Source: an uncultured Solibacteraceae bacterium
GTDB taxonomy: Bacteria; Acidobacteriota; Terriglobia; Bryobacterales; Bryobacteraceae
NCBI GenBank assembly: GCA_963805775.1
Contig: CAWDWK010000008.1
Span: forward strand, 33,920-97,919
DNA: 64,000 bases
Reading direction: 5' to 3'
Shown: positions 27,401 to 36,279 of the stretch, piece after piece
Layout of the letters: every line of letters starts with the position of its first letter
Numbering within the stretch: the first letter of the stretch is position 1
Position numbers and translations under genes: made by a program
Notes under the pieces: model-generated
Told to the model about the DNA's origin: nothing
Databases searched by the model: none
The model's input: the letters and a program-made list of their open reading frames with translations, nothing else

Positions 27401-27880
27401 CGAGCTGGCGGGGATCACGCCGGTCTGCAGGGCCAGCAAATCGGTGTAACTGCGGCCGTTCACCGGGAGCGCGGACATCTTGCTTGCCGTGATGCGTTCA
27501 CCCATCTGCGTATTCGCCGTCTCCACCTGCGTCGGTGCCTCGCTCACCGTCAGCGCCTCGCTATGCTCACCCAGTTCCAACGCGATATCCACCCGCAGGG
27601 CGGCGTTCGAAATCACTTCCAACCCGGTCTGGGAATATGGCCTGAAGCCGCCGTGCGCCACCTCCAGCGTGTAATGACCGATGGCTAAGTCGGGAAATGC
27701 ATAAAAGCCCTGCTCGTTGGTTGCGGCGCGGCGCTCCACGCCGGTGTCCGCGTTGCGCGCCAGCACGGAAACCTCCGGCATGGCCGCGCCACTTTGGTCG
27801 GTAATTGTGCCTGCGATGCTGCCCCCCAGGGCGGCGAAGATCGGAGAAGCGGCAAGCAGCATGATTGCAGTGAATCGCAT
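24413..27880 (-). CDS. TonB-dependent receptor with carboxypeptidase-regulatory-like N-terminal domain
   Basis: 1155-aa ORF with a signal peptide. GSIAGTITDQSGAAMPEVSVLARN...NEQGFYAFPDLAIGHYTLEV. C-terminus ends AAKFHF. Confidence 0.8.
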   Translation of the reverse strand: MRFTAIMLLAASPIFAALGGSIAGTITDQSGAAMPEVSVLARNADTGVERRAATNEQGFYAFPDLAIGHYTLEVAHGGFRPYSQTGLEVISNAALRVDIALELGEHSEALTVSEAPTQVETANTQMGERITASKMSALPVNGRSYTDLLALQTGVIPASSQQPNAVVMSGCTSAPPSGDLNPGNMSVSGQRETTNGFTVNGISAQDDFNMGAAIVPNLDSIQEFHVLTSNFNAEYGNFSGGQVQVVTKSGTNELHGSVFEFLRDTRLDARNYFAVERAKYDRNQFGGALGGPIRKNQIFFFADYQGSRMTQGIETGVISVPSLQNRNGDFSDIAGTLSGTVNGQYWANLLSQKLGHTVTPGEPYYKEGCTTVEACVLPNARIPETAWSAPAKAILPYIPAPNQGNNNFSTSANNQNLRDDKGALRIDANTRWGALSAYYFTDDYWLDNPYPTAQGGANVPGFHAVSLGRAQLASVGLTSTFGPAAINELRFGYMRTANDVGRPAGGVGTTLASQGFVDSAGKPGIVALAPQLEGIENVSFNDFTVGVDITGVAQANNTYQWSDDFSRVAGKHMFKFGAAVHLDQVNINPNAMYNGSFLFQGTETGSDFADFLLGIASSYAQGDSRRFYLRNKYAGLYAQDSWRVRPNLTLNYGLRWDLLPPWREKYNQLQTLVRGEQSVVYPGAPRGLVFPGDPGIPDTLAPASHTNFAPRVGLAYAPGTKTSVRAAYGLFYTAIEGLSAGIMSANPPYGYDYDSFAPPLFATPFITAASGQDVGQRFPEPIPTTVASAKNPNASVDWSQYMPITGVPSFFHQNVTPYSESYTLSVEREVARDTVLRAGYIGTQAHHLLVLIAANPGDPALCLSLSRPENVMPGTATCGPFGESGTYTTRSGQVIQGTRGPFDSNFAAITNQKTIGNSNYNALEVSLHHAGPSLELLVGYTYGKSLDQSSSLSEAVNPLNPSLSKALSAFDMRHNFVASYDWKLPLGKLRGLRGAWGKDWSLSGTTRFSTGMPVTLFNNNDTSLLGTIPNGINNNGVDTPDYTPGNLAVNTDPRNGKPAFNTSLFGMPDMGHEGTASRRFFYGPGMVNYDVALHKDVRLADARSVELRLEAFNVFNRGQFYGPAAVNGNISSASFGQVVSAGAPRLIQIAAKFHF

Positions 27881-28047
27881 AGAATTATCCTCAATATCGT
27901 CGCGAAAGCTTATTTGAACCTATTTGCAACTCACTGTCAACTGGAAAACGACGATACGAATCTACACGCTGGAAACAAGGCAAATGACGCAGTATCCGCC
28001 GACGTGCGGAATGCAACTCGCTTACAAGACAGACCGGGAGGCCCGTC

Positions 28048-29043
28048 TTACTTAAAGATGCTCTTGGGAATCATGGCGTGCACGCCCTTGGTCCCGTCCA
28101 CCGCTTGCGTCACATTGAAATCCACTCCCACGCTGCACAGCATGTAGGCGTCTTCGCGCGAAAGATGTTTCTCCGTCACCAGGAAAGCGATGGCCTGGCG
28201 CACCGCCATCTTCAGCGCCTCCGTCAGGTCCGGATTCAACCCCATCGCGATGTAGTGCGTCGGCGTCTCACCGCGCGGCGCGTCGAGGTGCAGATCTTTG
28301 CGCACGACGAACTGGAACGTGCCTACCAGGGACGTCTCCAGCGCCGTAATATCCACCTCGCCGTTTCCCTGCCCCGCATGGCCGTCGCCCACCTCGAACA
28401 GCGCGCCCGCCGCGTGCACTGGGATGAATAACGTCGTCCCCGCCACCAGATCCTTGTTGTCCAGGTTGCCGGCATGCGTTCCCGGCGGCGCACTGGACAC
28501 GCGCCCGGCGGCCTCCGGCGGCGCCACTCCCATACTGCCGAAGAACGGCCGCAAGGGAATCTCGATGTGGTCCGAAAACTTCGCCACATTCCGCTTGGTA
28601 TCCAGCGGAACGATCTTCGTCGCGCCCTGCGGAAAATCTTCCGCCGTCAACACGCCGCTGGTCGGCCTGAAGCTGTTGTAGGCATAAGGAATCGAATATT
28701 TGATGCTGAGAATCCGCACCTCCAGCGTGTCGCCGGGTTCGGCTCCCTCCACAAAGATCGGCCCGGTCAGTATGTGCCCGCCCGGTCCCTTGTCCTTCAC
28801 CTCCGCATAGATCGCCTTCAACTCCGCTTCGATGTCTTCCGCCTTGACCCCCGCCCCGGCCAACCGCTCCGGGCTGTTGGTCAGCATGGTCTGAATCTCC
28901 ACGCGATCGCCCGATTTAATGCGCAGCACGGGCTTCGCCGCCGACCAGTAGTAACCCCACGCCACCGTGCCGGGCGTGGCCTTTAGCTGGTAGTCCGCGC
29001 CGTGTGCCGCCAGGGCGAGAAGAGGAATCAGCAAAAATCTCAT
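28048..29043 (-). CDS. acetamidase/formamidase family protein, secreted
   Basis: 331-aa ORF with a signal peptide. The overall pattern matches the FmdA/AmdA family as I recall it (GDRVEIQT, GPIFVEGAEPGDTLEV, GNLD, GDGHAGQGNGEV). Confidence 0.75.
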   Translation of the reverse strand: MRFLLIPLLALAAHGADYQLKATPGTVAWGYYWSAAKPVLRIKSGDRVEIQTMLTNSPERLAGAGVKAEDIEAELKAIYAEVKDKGPGGHILTGPIFVEGAEPGDTLEVRILSIKYSIPYAYNSFRPTSGVLTAEDFPQGATKIVPLDTKRNVAKFSDHIEIPLRPFFGSMGVAPPEAAGRVSSAPPGTHAGNLDNKDLVAGTTLFIPVHAAGALFEVGDGHAGQGNGEVDITALETSLVGTFQFVVRKDLHLDAPRGETPTHYIAMGLNPDLTEALKMAVRQAIAFLVTEKHLSREDAYMLCSVGVDFNVTQAVDGTKGVHAMIPKSIFK

Positions 29044-29106
29044 GATCCTGCGATTCTATCGCACGGGCGATTCGTGAAGCCGTGTTGTACCATAAAGAAT
29101 TACTGA

Positions 29107-29946
29107 ATGAAGGCTTTACTCGAAGCGCTACAGCCAGGCGAGCAGGACTGGGATTTGGCGCAGGCGATCGATCCTGCCCGTCTGCCGGCGCACATCGCGA
29201 TCATTATGGACGGCAACGGCCGTTGGGCGGGCCGGCGCTTTCTGCCGCGCGTAGCCGGCCATAAAGCCGGCATCGGCCCAGTGAGGACCGCCGTGGAAAC
29301 CTGCGCGCGCCTCGGCGTCAAGGCCCTCACTCTCTACGCCTTCTCGGTGGAAAACTGGAAACGCCCCCGCGCCGAAGTGGAAACCCTGTGGCGCCTGCTT
29401 CGCTATTACCTCAAACAGGAACTCCCCGACCTGCAAAAGAACGATATCCGCCTCCAGGCCATCGGCCGCCTCGAAGCCCTGCCCGAGCAAGTGCGCCGCG
29501 AGCTCGATGCGGCGGTGGACGCCACCTCGGCCAATCGCGGTCTGCTCGTCAACCTGGCGATCAATTACGGAGGACGCGCCGAGATCGTCGACGCCGTCAA
29601 TTCCATCCTCGAAATGGCGCGCCTGGACGGCAGCATTCAAACCCTCAAGATCGACGAGGATTCGATCGCTACCTGCCTTTACACCGCCTCCTGCCCCGAC
29701 CCCGATCTGCTGATCCGCACTTCCGGCGAAATGCGCATCAGTAACTTTCTGCTCTGGCAGATCGCCTACGCCGAACTCTACGTGACCGAGACGCTCTGGC
29801 CGGATTTCACGCGCACGGACCTGTTGCAGGCCGTGTTGGAATACCAAAAGCGGGACCGCCGGTATGGCGGCCTCAGCGGGACGGCGGTGGACGGCGTCGT
29901 TAAGCCCGACGAGGAATCCCTGATCGAAGCGCTCCGCACCTCATGA
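29107..29946 (+). CDS. uppS: isoprenyl transferase (undecaprenyl-diphosphate synthase)
   Basis: HIAIIMDGNGRWA, YAFSVENWKRP and LIRTSGEMRISNFLLWQIAYAELY motifs. Followed by cdsA, as in the conserved uppS-cdsA pair. Confidence 0.9.
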   Translation: MKALLEALQPGEQDWDLAQAIDPARLPAHIAIIMDGNGRWAGRRFLPRVAGHKAGIGPVRTAVETCARLGVKALTLYAFSVENWKRPRAEVETLWRLLRYYLKQELPDLQKNDIRLQAIGRLEALPEQVRRELDAAVDATSANRGLLVNLAINYGGRAEIVDAVNSILEMARLDGSIQTLKIDEDSIATCLYTASCPDPDLLIRTSGEMRISNFLLWQIAYAELYVTETLWPDFTRTDLLQAVLEYQKRDRRYGGLSGTAVDGVVKPDEESLIEALRTS

Positions 29947-30706
29947 AGCGTGTCCTTACCGCGTTAGCGCTGATCCCTACGGTCGGATGGGTAGTCCTGT
30001 GGGCCAATTCCTGGATCTTCCTGGCCGTGCTGGCCACGGTCGCCTGCCTCTGCTACCGGGAGTACAACGACATCGCCGCCGATTACGGATTCGGTGAGCC
30101 GGGCGTGGCCGGCTACGGTGCCGGCTTACTCCTGTTGTTTGCGCCGGATGTCCCGTGGGTCGCCGTGGTAATCCTCACGCTGGTGATCCTGGTGATGGTG
30201 ATGCGCGTGGAGAATCTTGCCCATGCCTTGCCCCGCGCCGCGCTCTTGCTCACCGGCATCCTGTACGTTTTCGGCTGTTGGAGGTGCGCGCGCCCGCTAC
30301 GCGAACTCAGTCCCCACTGGCTGATGTACGGCCTGGCGCTCAACTGGGTGGGCGACATCGGTGCATACTATGTCGGACGTCCCTTCGGAAAGCACAAACT
30401 CGCCCCGCGCGTCAGCCCGAATAAATCCTGGGAAGGTTCCATCGCTTCCGTCGTCACCTCTGCCTTGTTAGGGACAATCTACCTGCGGCTCTTTATCCCC
30501 AGCGTACCCTTGTGGCAAGCATCGCGCTTACGGTGACGGCCAACATCGCCGGCCAATTGGGCGACCTCGCCGAATCCGCAATGAAGCGCGGCGCTGACGT
30601 GAAGGACAGCGGCGCCATTCTCCCCGGCCACGGAGGCTTCCTTGACCGCGTGGACTCCACGTTATTCGCCCTGCCCGTGATTTACGCGTACCTCAAGCTG
30701 GCGTAG
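29943..30706 (+). pseudogene. cdsA: phosphatidate cytidylyltransferase with a single frame break (probably a sequencing indel)
   Basis: ATGA overlap with uppS. The N-terminal 190 aa are in frame 0. The C-terminal signature [28 protein letters not shown] is in the next frame (track ORF 30512..30706). Adding one C to the CCC run at 30507-30509 joins them. Confidence 0.8.
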
Positions 30707-31723
30707 GCGCCCGCCCCGCCGCCTTCTTTTCCTTGTACATTTCCCATCGGCGCGCGCGAACATCTCGGCAATCGTTTCTCCCTCCCGCCATGTCGCCACT
30801 CCCACCGATGCATCCACGTGGAGTTTGCCTGGCGGCCCCTCGCCGCGCACGACGTAATCGCCAAAGACCCATTTCCGCACCCGCTCCAGTTGCCGTCGCG
30901 CTTCCTCCATGCCGCAATCCAGCACCACGATGAATTCATCGCCGCCCCACCGGCCCACGTCATCCATCGCGCGGAATGCCGCCCGCAGCTCCTTGGCGAA
31001 TTGCACCAGCACATCGTCGCCCGCCGCGTGTCCGTAGGTGTCGTTTACCTGCTTGAATCCGTTCAAATCGAGAACCAGCACCGAAAACGGCGTGCGCTGC
31101 GCCACCCGCTGTTCCAACACCGCATCCATCCGCCGCCGGTTCTGCAGCCCCGTCAGGCAGTCCATCGACGCCAACCGCTCCGCCTCTTCGAGCTTTTCCT
31201 GATATTGGCGCAATTCACTGCGCATGCGCGCCACTGCTTCCTCGCCGTCCAGCGCCATCTGGTTCACGCCGGCCTGCAGTTCGTGGGCGCTGGACACCAG
31301 CGAGTCGCGAATCGTGGTCAGGTCGTCCATGCTGGCAAGCGCGCGCAGCCGCGCCGTAAACTCGCCAAACCGTTTGGAATAGCGCTGGTCACGGTCGCCG
31401 ACAGCCTCCGTCGTGCGCGCCATGATCATCATGATTTCCTTGAATTCTTCGGTCTTGCCCTTATAATATTCGGCCGACCGGTCTCCCCATTGGTGCAACT
31501 CCACTTCCACGCGCTGATTGGTTTCCTGTACTTGTCGGGGAGTGGTTTCATCCGCCAGTTGCCGTTGCAGATTCCTCAGGCCGAGCTGCAATTGCGAACC
31601 GGCGGGCGGGCATGCCTGCACCCCGCTGTTACCGATGGCCTCCAGCGCAGCGCGGTAGGCTTGTAGCGTACAGCGCAGCAGTTCCTCCTGATTCGAATCG
31701 ATCAGCTTCTTCAAAGAGATCAC
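30693..31723 (-). pseudogene. diguanylate cyclase (GGDEF domain) with a frame break 15 codons before the stop
   Basis: GGDEF block RWGGDEFIVVL preceded by DCLTGLQNRR. The expected tail ADGEMYKEKKAAGR... is in another frame (track ORF 30693..30917). GTG at 31723 was chosen as the start to avoid overlap with the divergent gene, so the start is uncertain. Confidence 0.7.
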
Positions 31724-31754
31724 ATCCAGCCTTATCGACCGTCCGCCGATTCTT

Positions 31755-32756
31755 TTGAATCGGGCACGCTTGCCATCGGGGGCCTCTCCCGCATATAGTC
31801 TGGAAGTGACCCTCACAAGACGCTCTGTACTCGCCGCCGTATCGGCGGCCGCCGCCGCCCAGGCCCAACGCCGCCCTCCGATTAACTGGAAACCGCGGCT
31901 CGGCACTCTCTGCCAGTTCTCGGATTCCAACCTGGAATTCGTCAAGGCGGAGGGCTTCACCAGCATGCAATTGCGCCTCGACCCCGCCAAACTGGACGAT
32001 TCCGCCATTGCCTCCATCAAGGACAAGATCCAGCGCTCCGGAATCTACGTATCCTCGCTGGCCGTGGACGGCAACCACATCGATCCCGACCCCGCCGCGC
32101 GCGAAAAACAAAATAAGTACACCATTGCCTGCCTCGAACTGTGCGGCAAACTCGGCATCCCTAATATCGGCGGCCAGAGCGGCACCATCAAGGGCCGCCC
32201 CCTCCAGGAGCAGGTCGACGAAATCGTCAAGGTCTACACCGAAAAATATTTCCCGGTCTGCCAAAAGAACAAGGTACGCATCCTCTGGGAACCCTACGCC
32301 GGCGGCCCCAACATCGGCACCGGACCGGTCGGTTGGGAAGCCCTCTTCAAGTCCTTTAAAGACAGCCCCTACGTGGGATTGCAATTCGACCCCTCGCACC
32401 TCGTCTGGCAGTTTATGGACCCCGTTCAGGCCGCCCGCGATTTCGCCGACAAAATCTACGACGTCCACCTGAAGGACTGCGAAATCCTCTGGCACGTCCT
32501 GCGGCGCACCGGAATCAATCCTCTAAACAACGCCCGCTGGTGGCGCTTCCGCATTCCCGGCCAGGGCTCGGTGGATTGGAAGGGCTTCTTCGCCGTCCTC
32601 GCCGAAACCGGCTACACCGGCGCCATGAACATCGAAAACGAAGACGCGTTCTACTACCCCGCTTACGATCAGGGAAATTTCACGGAGCAATACAAGCGGG
32701 GCTTCCGGACGGCACACGAATTCCTGAAAACGATGGTTCCGCCCGTGAACGCCTAG
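31755..32756 (+). CDS. sugar phosphate isomerase/epimerase (xylose-isomerase-like TIM barrel), Tat-signal-like N-terminus
   Basis: LTRRSVLAAVSAAAAAQA N-terminus. Length and blocks (ILWEPY, FDPSHL, HLKD, MNIENED) resemble the AP-endonuclease-2/xylose-isomerase-like TIM family. Start is TTG 31755 or GTG 31806. Confidence 0.7.
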   Translation: MNRARLPSGASPAYSLEVTLTRRSVLAAVSAAAAAQAQRRPPINWKPRLGTLCQFSDSNLEFVKAEGFTSMQLRLDPAKLDDSAIASIKDKIQRSGIYVSSLAVDGNHIDPDPAAREKQNKYTIACLELCGKLGIPNIGGQSGTIKGRPLQEQVDEIVKVYTEKYFPVCQKNKVRILWEPYAGGPNIGTGPVGWEALFKSFKDSPYVGLQFDPSHLVWQFMDPVQAARDFADKIYDVHLKDCEILWHVLRRTGINPLNNARWWRFRIPGQGSVDWKGFFAVLAETGYTGAMNIENEDAFYYPAYDQGNFTEQYKRGFRTAHEFLKTMVPPVNA

Positions 32757-32777
32757 CGCCGGGACGTGTTCCCCATT

Positions 32778-32828
32778 GTGGCGCACGCACTCCTGCGTGC
32801 CGCGTCGAGTCTCACTCGACGCCCGGAC
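32778..32828. repeat. twin-hairpin repeat family 2, copy A
   Basis: GTGGCGCACGCACTCCTGCGTGCCGCGTCGAGTCTCACTCGACGCCCGGA. Hairpins GCACGCA/TGCGTGC and GTCGAGT/ACTCGAC. Lies between convergent genes. A second copy is at 41474. Confidence 0.75.
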
Positions 32829-32830
32829 AT

Positions 32831-34060
32831 TCAGCCAATTTCCTCAGGCGGCTCCACGCGCACGAAAGCCCTGTACAGCAGCACGTCGTAAATGATCTTG
32901 AGTGTACCGGCGATAAAGAACGGCAAATTAATCAGTGAAGGGTGCGCAAACAATAGCCCGGCAAACACGGGAGCCAGCGCCGCGCCGGTCGTCCGCGCCA
33001 CTCCCGTGATCCCGGCCGCGGCAGATCGCTCGTCGGCGCGCACGATGGCCATGGTGTACGATTGCCGGGTCGGCACATCCATCTGGCTGATGCTGAATCG
33101 CAGGAAAAGCGTGAAAACGGCCAGCGGTAGATTCGGCATCAGCGGTATTAGCACCAGCAGAATGTTCGAAGGAAGGTGCGTGAACACCATGGTCCGGATC
33201 AGCCCGAACCGGGCCGCCAGTCGCGGAGCTACTAGCGCCGAGAGTCCGGCGAGAACATTGGCGCCAAAGAAAATGCCGCCCAACGTTGCCGGAGCCACTC
33301 CGAATCGAAGGTAGAACCAGTAAGCCGCAAAGCTCTGCACGATGAACCCGCCGCCAAACGCATCCAGGGCGAAAAGGCTGGCCAGATTGAGCACCACGCG
33401 GCGCGACGCCCCGATTCCCAGCAGCGTCCGCGAGCCGGAGCCGAAACTTTCCTCCGGCCGCACTTCCGCCGCCGGTGAAAGGCGGTGGAAGAGGAACCCG
33501 AGCAGCACGCCCATTGCCGCGTAAAAAATGATAATAGTCCGCTCGCTCGATAACACCGGCACGGAGGCATTCTGCAGCGCTTGTGTGACGACCCCGGCAA
33601 ACAGAGATCCCGTCGCTGTCGCCAGGTTGCCCGCGAGTGCGTACCACGCAAAGACATTCGTGCGTTCGCGCGCCGCCACCACATGCGACAGCGCCGCCTG
33701 CTCGATCGGCAGGAACGGACCCACTTCATTTCCGCTGGGACTGATCACGCCGATCGTGCCGGCGGCCACCAGGAACAGGAAGTTCCTCGTAGACGCAAAT
33801 GCCAGGCCCGCTGCGGCCATCAGCACCGCCCCCGTGATGAGCATGCGGCGCCGGCCGATCCGGTCAGCCTGCGTCGTCAGGCCCAATGAAATCACGGTGT
33901 CGCCCAGCAGCGTCAGCGTCAGCAACAGTCCCGTCTGAGCTTCGTTCAGCCCGAGCGACGACAGGTAGAACACCAGCACCACGGAAAGCGCGCCGTACGA
34001 GAACAGCCGGATGAAACGCGTCACGAAAAGCAGCCGTCCATCCGGAGGCAAGTTTCGCAT
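32831..34060 (-). CDS. MFS transporter
   Basis: 409-aa ORF with ~12 hydrophobic segments and an MFS-like loop motif (QADRIGRRRML). Confidence 0.8.
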   Translation of the reverse strand: MRNLPPDGRLLFVTRFIRLFSYGALSVVLVFYLSSLGLNEAQTGLLLTLTLLGDTVISLGLTTQADRIGRRRMLITGAVLMAAAGLAFASTRNFLFLVAAGTIGVISPSGNEVGPFLPIEQAALSHVVAARERTNVFAWYALAGNLATATGSLFAGVVTQALQNASVPVLSSERTIIIFYAAMGVLLGFLFHRLSPAAEVRPEESFGSGSRTLLGIGASRRVVLNLASLFALDAFGGGFIVQSFAAYWFYLRFGVAPATLGGIFFGANVLAGLSALVAPRLAARFGLIRTMVFTHLPSNILLVLIPLMPNLPLAVFTLFLRFSISQMDVPTRQSYTMAIVRADERSAAAGITGVARTTGAALAPVFAGLLFAHPSLINLPFFIAGTLKIIYDVLLYRAFVRVEPPEEIG

Positions 34061-34081
34061 TAGTTCACGCAGCGTTTCCGT

Positions 34082-36098
34082 CTACCGTCCCGCCAGCACG
34101 TCGCTGGCCGACGAATGCGCGATCAACTGATCCGCGTCGTCCTGCAACAGGAATCGTTCCTGCACCGCCTTCTCCGCCGCCGCCCTCACCGCCGCCACAT
34201 ACCCTGCGTGTGTGCCATAGCGCTCTTCGAGGGACAAGCGCGGATCGCGCGCCGCCAGCCGCTCGGCCTTCGTCTTCGCAAACGGGATATACCCGCCGCT
34301 CAGCGTGCACTGCTTCCCCTTGTCGAAGCCTCCCGCCGTCACGTTCCAGCCCTAGGTACGACCCGAGCGGCGCCTGCCGCAGCACGGAAGGAACGCCGCC
34401 CACGTCGGAACCATCCGCATCCACCTTCGGCACTAGCGTCGGAATGAGCTGCTTCACCACAGGCGGTTCCTTCGTGATGATTCCCGAGAGATCGACGGAC
34501 CGGAACACCGGACCGTAATCGTGGTCTGCCACCATGTTCACCAGGCCCTCGGGCGAGGGTGCGCCGGGGATCGTGGGGAAGTGCATCGCGGCCTTCGTCG
34601 CCGGCACCAGCTCGCCGCGATCCAACCGCGGATATCGGCTCGGCGGCGGCTCCGTCCCCTTCGTTACCCAATCGACCAACGCTACCGTCAGCGCCTTCAT
34701 GGTCTCGGTCTCCGGATTTGGGTTGGCGGGCAGAACGCAGCCGTTGGGCGGAGCGGGCGTCACGCTCGTGAAGCCGCCGCGCCCGCCGCCATGTGACGTC
34801 CCGGGAAAGAAGTAGCGTCGGACGTTGGCCGGCAGCGGGATATCGGCCTTCCCATCGGTGCCCACCAGATTGGGCGACTCGCGCAGATACCAGAATTCCA
34901 GCGCCCCAAACGTCTCCACGATTTTCGGGCACGTCTTCGTGGCAGTGCAGCGATCGAGCATTCCGGCCGCCGGCCGGTGTCGCGCCGCATCGGCATAATC
35001 GCTCCACCAGAGCACCGCTTCGCTGCCCGGTTCATACAGGCCCGCCGCGCCCCCGCCCACCGCGAACCGGAAGTTCAGCGCAAGCTGCCGCGCGGCGATA
35101 TGCGGATTCGCTCCGTCCCACACAATCCGCCCCGCCTCGTCCTGGTTGAACCCCAGATGAATATAGGTCCGGATAAAATTGCCCGATTGCGAACTGCCCC
35201 GCGAGAGCGCCCATCGGATCTGTTTCGCTACCGGGTTCGCCGCGCCCGTATCGTCCTTCTCGGCGTAGCGCAGGAACGAATTCAGGTCGCGCGTGGCCGC
35301 AAAGCCGATGCCCAGCACCAGCGGGTCCTTCGCAGTAAACACCAACTCGTACTGAAACCTCGGATCGAAGCCGTCCTTCACACAGATCTTCGAAGCGTCC
35401 GGCGTGCCCGGGAAACCCGACTTCGTGCAATCGGCGAAAGCCCAGGCATTGCTCGGAATCGGAATCGCCCGCGCGGCTGGCGACGCGCGTTTCGTCAGCG
35501 ACGCCTTCGTCGTATCGAGCGTCAGCGGGCGCTGATACGTCAGCGCCACATACGGCGCGGTGCCGATGTCGAGCGTGGTCGTATCCGCCGCCATATTAAT
35601 GAAGCGTTCGAATACCGGCCCGGTCAGCGGCGAGCCATCCGTGTTCTTCGCCACCGGCACGGTGATGGTCTGCAGGCCGGCCCGTGGAATCACGTCACCC
35701 TGCCACCCGCTGACCACGCTGACGTGTCCTTCCGCCGAAGCGACCGGCGCGCCGTTACCGCGATTCGGCACGCTGTAGAACAGCACGCCGCTCGCATGCG
35801 CCATGTCGATTGGCTTCGCGATCGCGAACGTCGCCGAGTATTCCACCATCCCGCGCGCGTTGCGCGGCGCAATCTGTAGGTCCGTGATGATGGCGTTGTG
35901 CGCGTCCTTCGGGTCCAGTTCCCCGTAGAAACGCCCTCTCAGAATCTCGTACTGCCCGGCCTTTCCGAAGTTCTGCCCCTGATAAGCCGGCGACTCGCGT
36001 TGTTCGATTACGATACGCGTCACGCGCGCCTCCAGCGTGGCGCAACAGAGCAAGCCATAACTAACTACGGCAGCGGCGAAAGCGATGCGGTCGATCAT
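34082..36098 (-). pseudogene. secreted conserved protein, possibly of the alpha/beta-hydrolase-domain family, with one frame break near the 3-prime end
   Basis: The main ORF 34065..36098 loses similarity after ...LGSYLG. The natural continuation WNVTAGGFDKGKQCTLSGGYIPFAKTKAERL... is track ORF 34082..34342. Removing one C from CCC at 34350-34352 joins them. The family call is from memory of the N-terminal pattern (VEYSATFAIAKP..., YSVPNRGNG). Confidence 0.6.
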
Positions 36099-36123
36099 GT
36101 CCCGTAATTATAATTCCGCCCGC

Positions 36124-36194
36124 CGCAAACTGGGGACTGACATGAATTTCCGGCGCACTTTGCCGGAAATTCGCTGTCTGTCCCCGAGTTTGCC
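36124..36194. repeat. palindromic repeat family 1, full copy (71 nt)
   Basis: CGCAAACTGGGGACTGACATGAATTTCCGGCGCACTTTGCCGGAAATTCGCTGTCTGTCCCCGAGTTTGCC. Differs from the copy at 19955 only in the loop and by one extra A. Confidence 0.85.
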
Positions 36195-36208
36195 CAACGA
36201 GCGACATT

Positions 36209-36246
36209 CGCAAACTGGGGACTGTCCTGTCTGTCCCCAGTTTGCC
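36209..36246. repeat. palindromic repeat family 1, short form (outer arms only)
   Basis: CGCAAACTGGGGAC-TGTCCTGTCT-GTCCCCAGTTTGCC. Perfect 12-bp stem; the inner hairpin is absent. Lies 14 nt after the long copy. Confidence 0.8.
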
Positions 36247-36279
36247 CCGCCAAGACACCCTCACCGGTCGGCGCCGCAG

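Noticed and set aside
28022-28047. GC-rich imperfect hairpin just after the formamidase stop as a terminator
   Set aside because: The stem needs a bulge, is short, and has no U-tract.
12970-36246. Possibility that the family-1 repeats form a CRISPR array
   Set aside because: Copies are kilobases apart, not regularly spaced, internally palindromic over their full length, and there are no cas genes.
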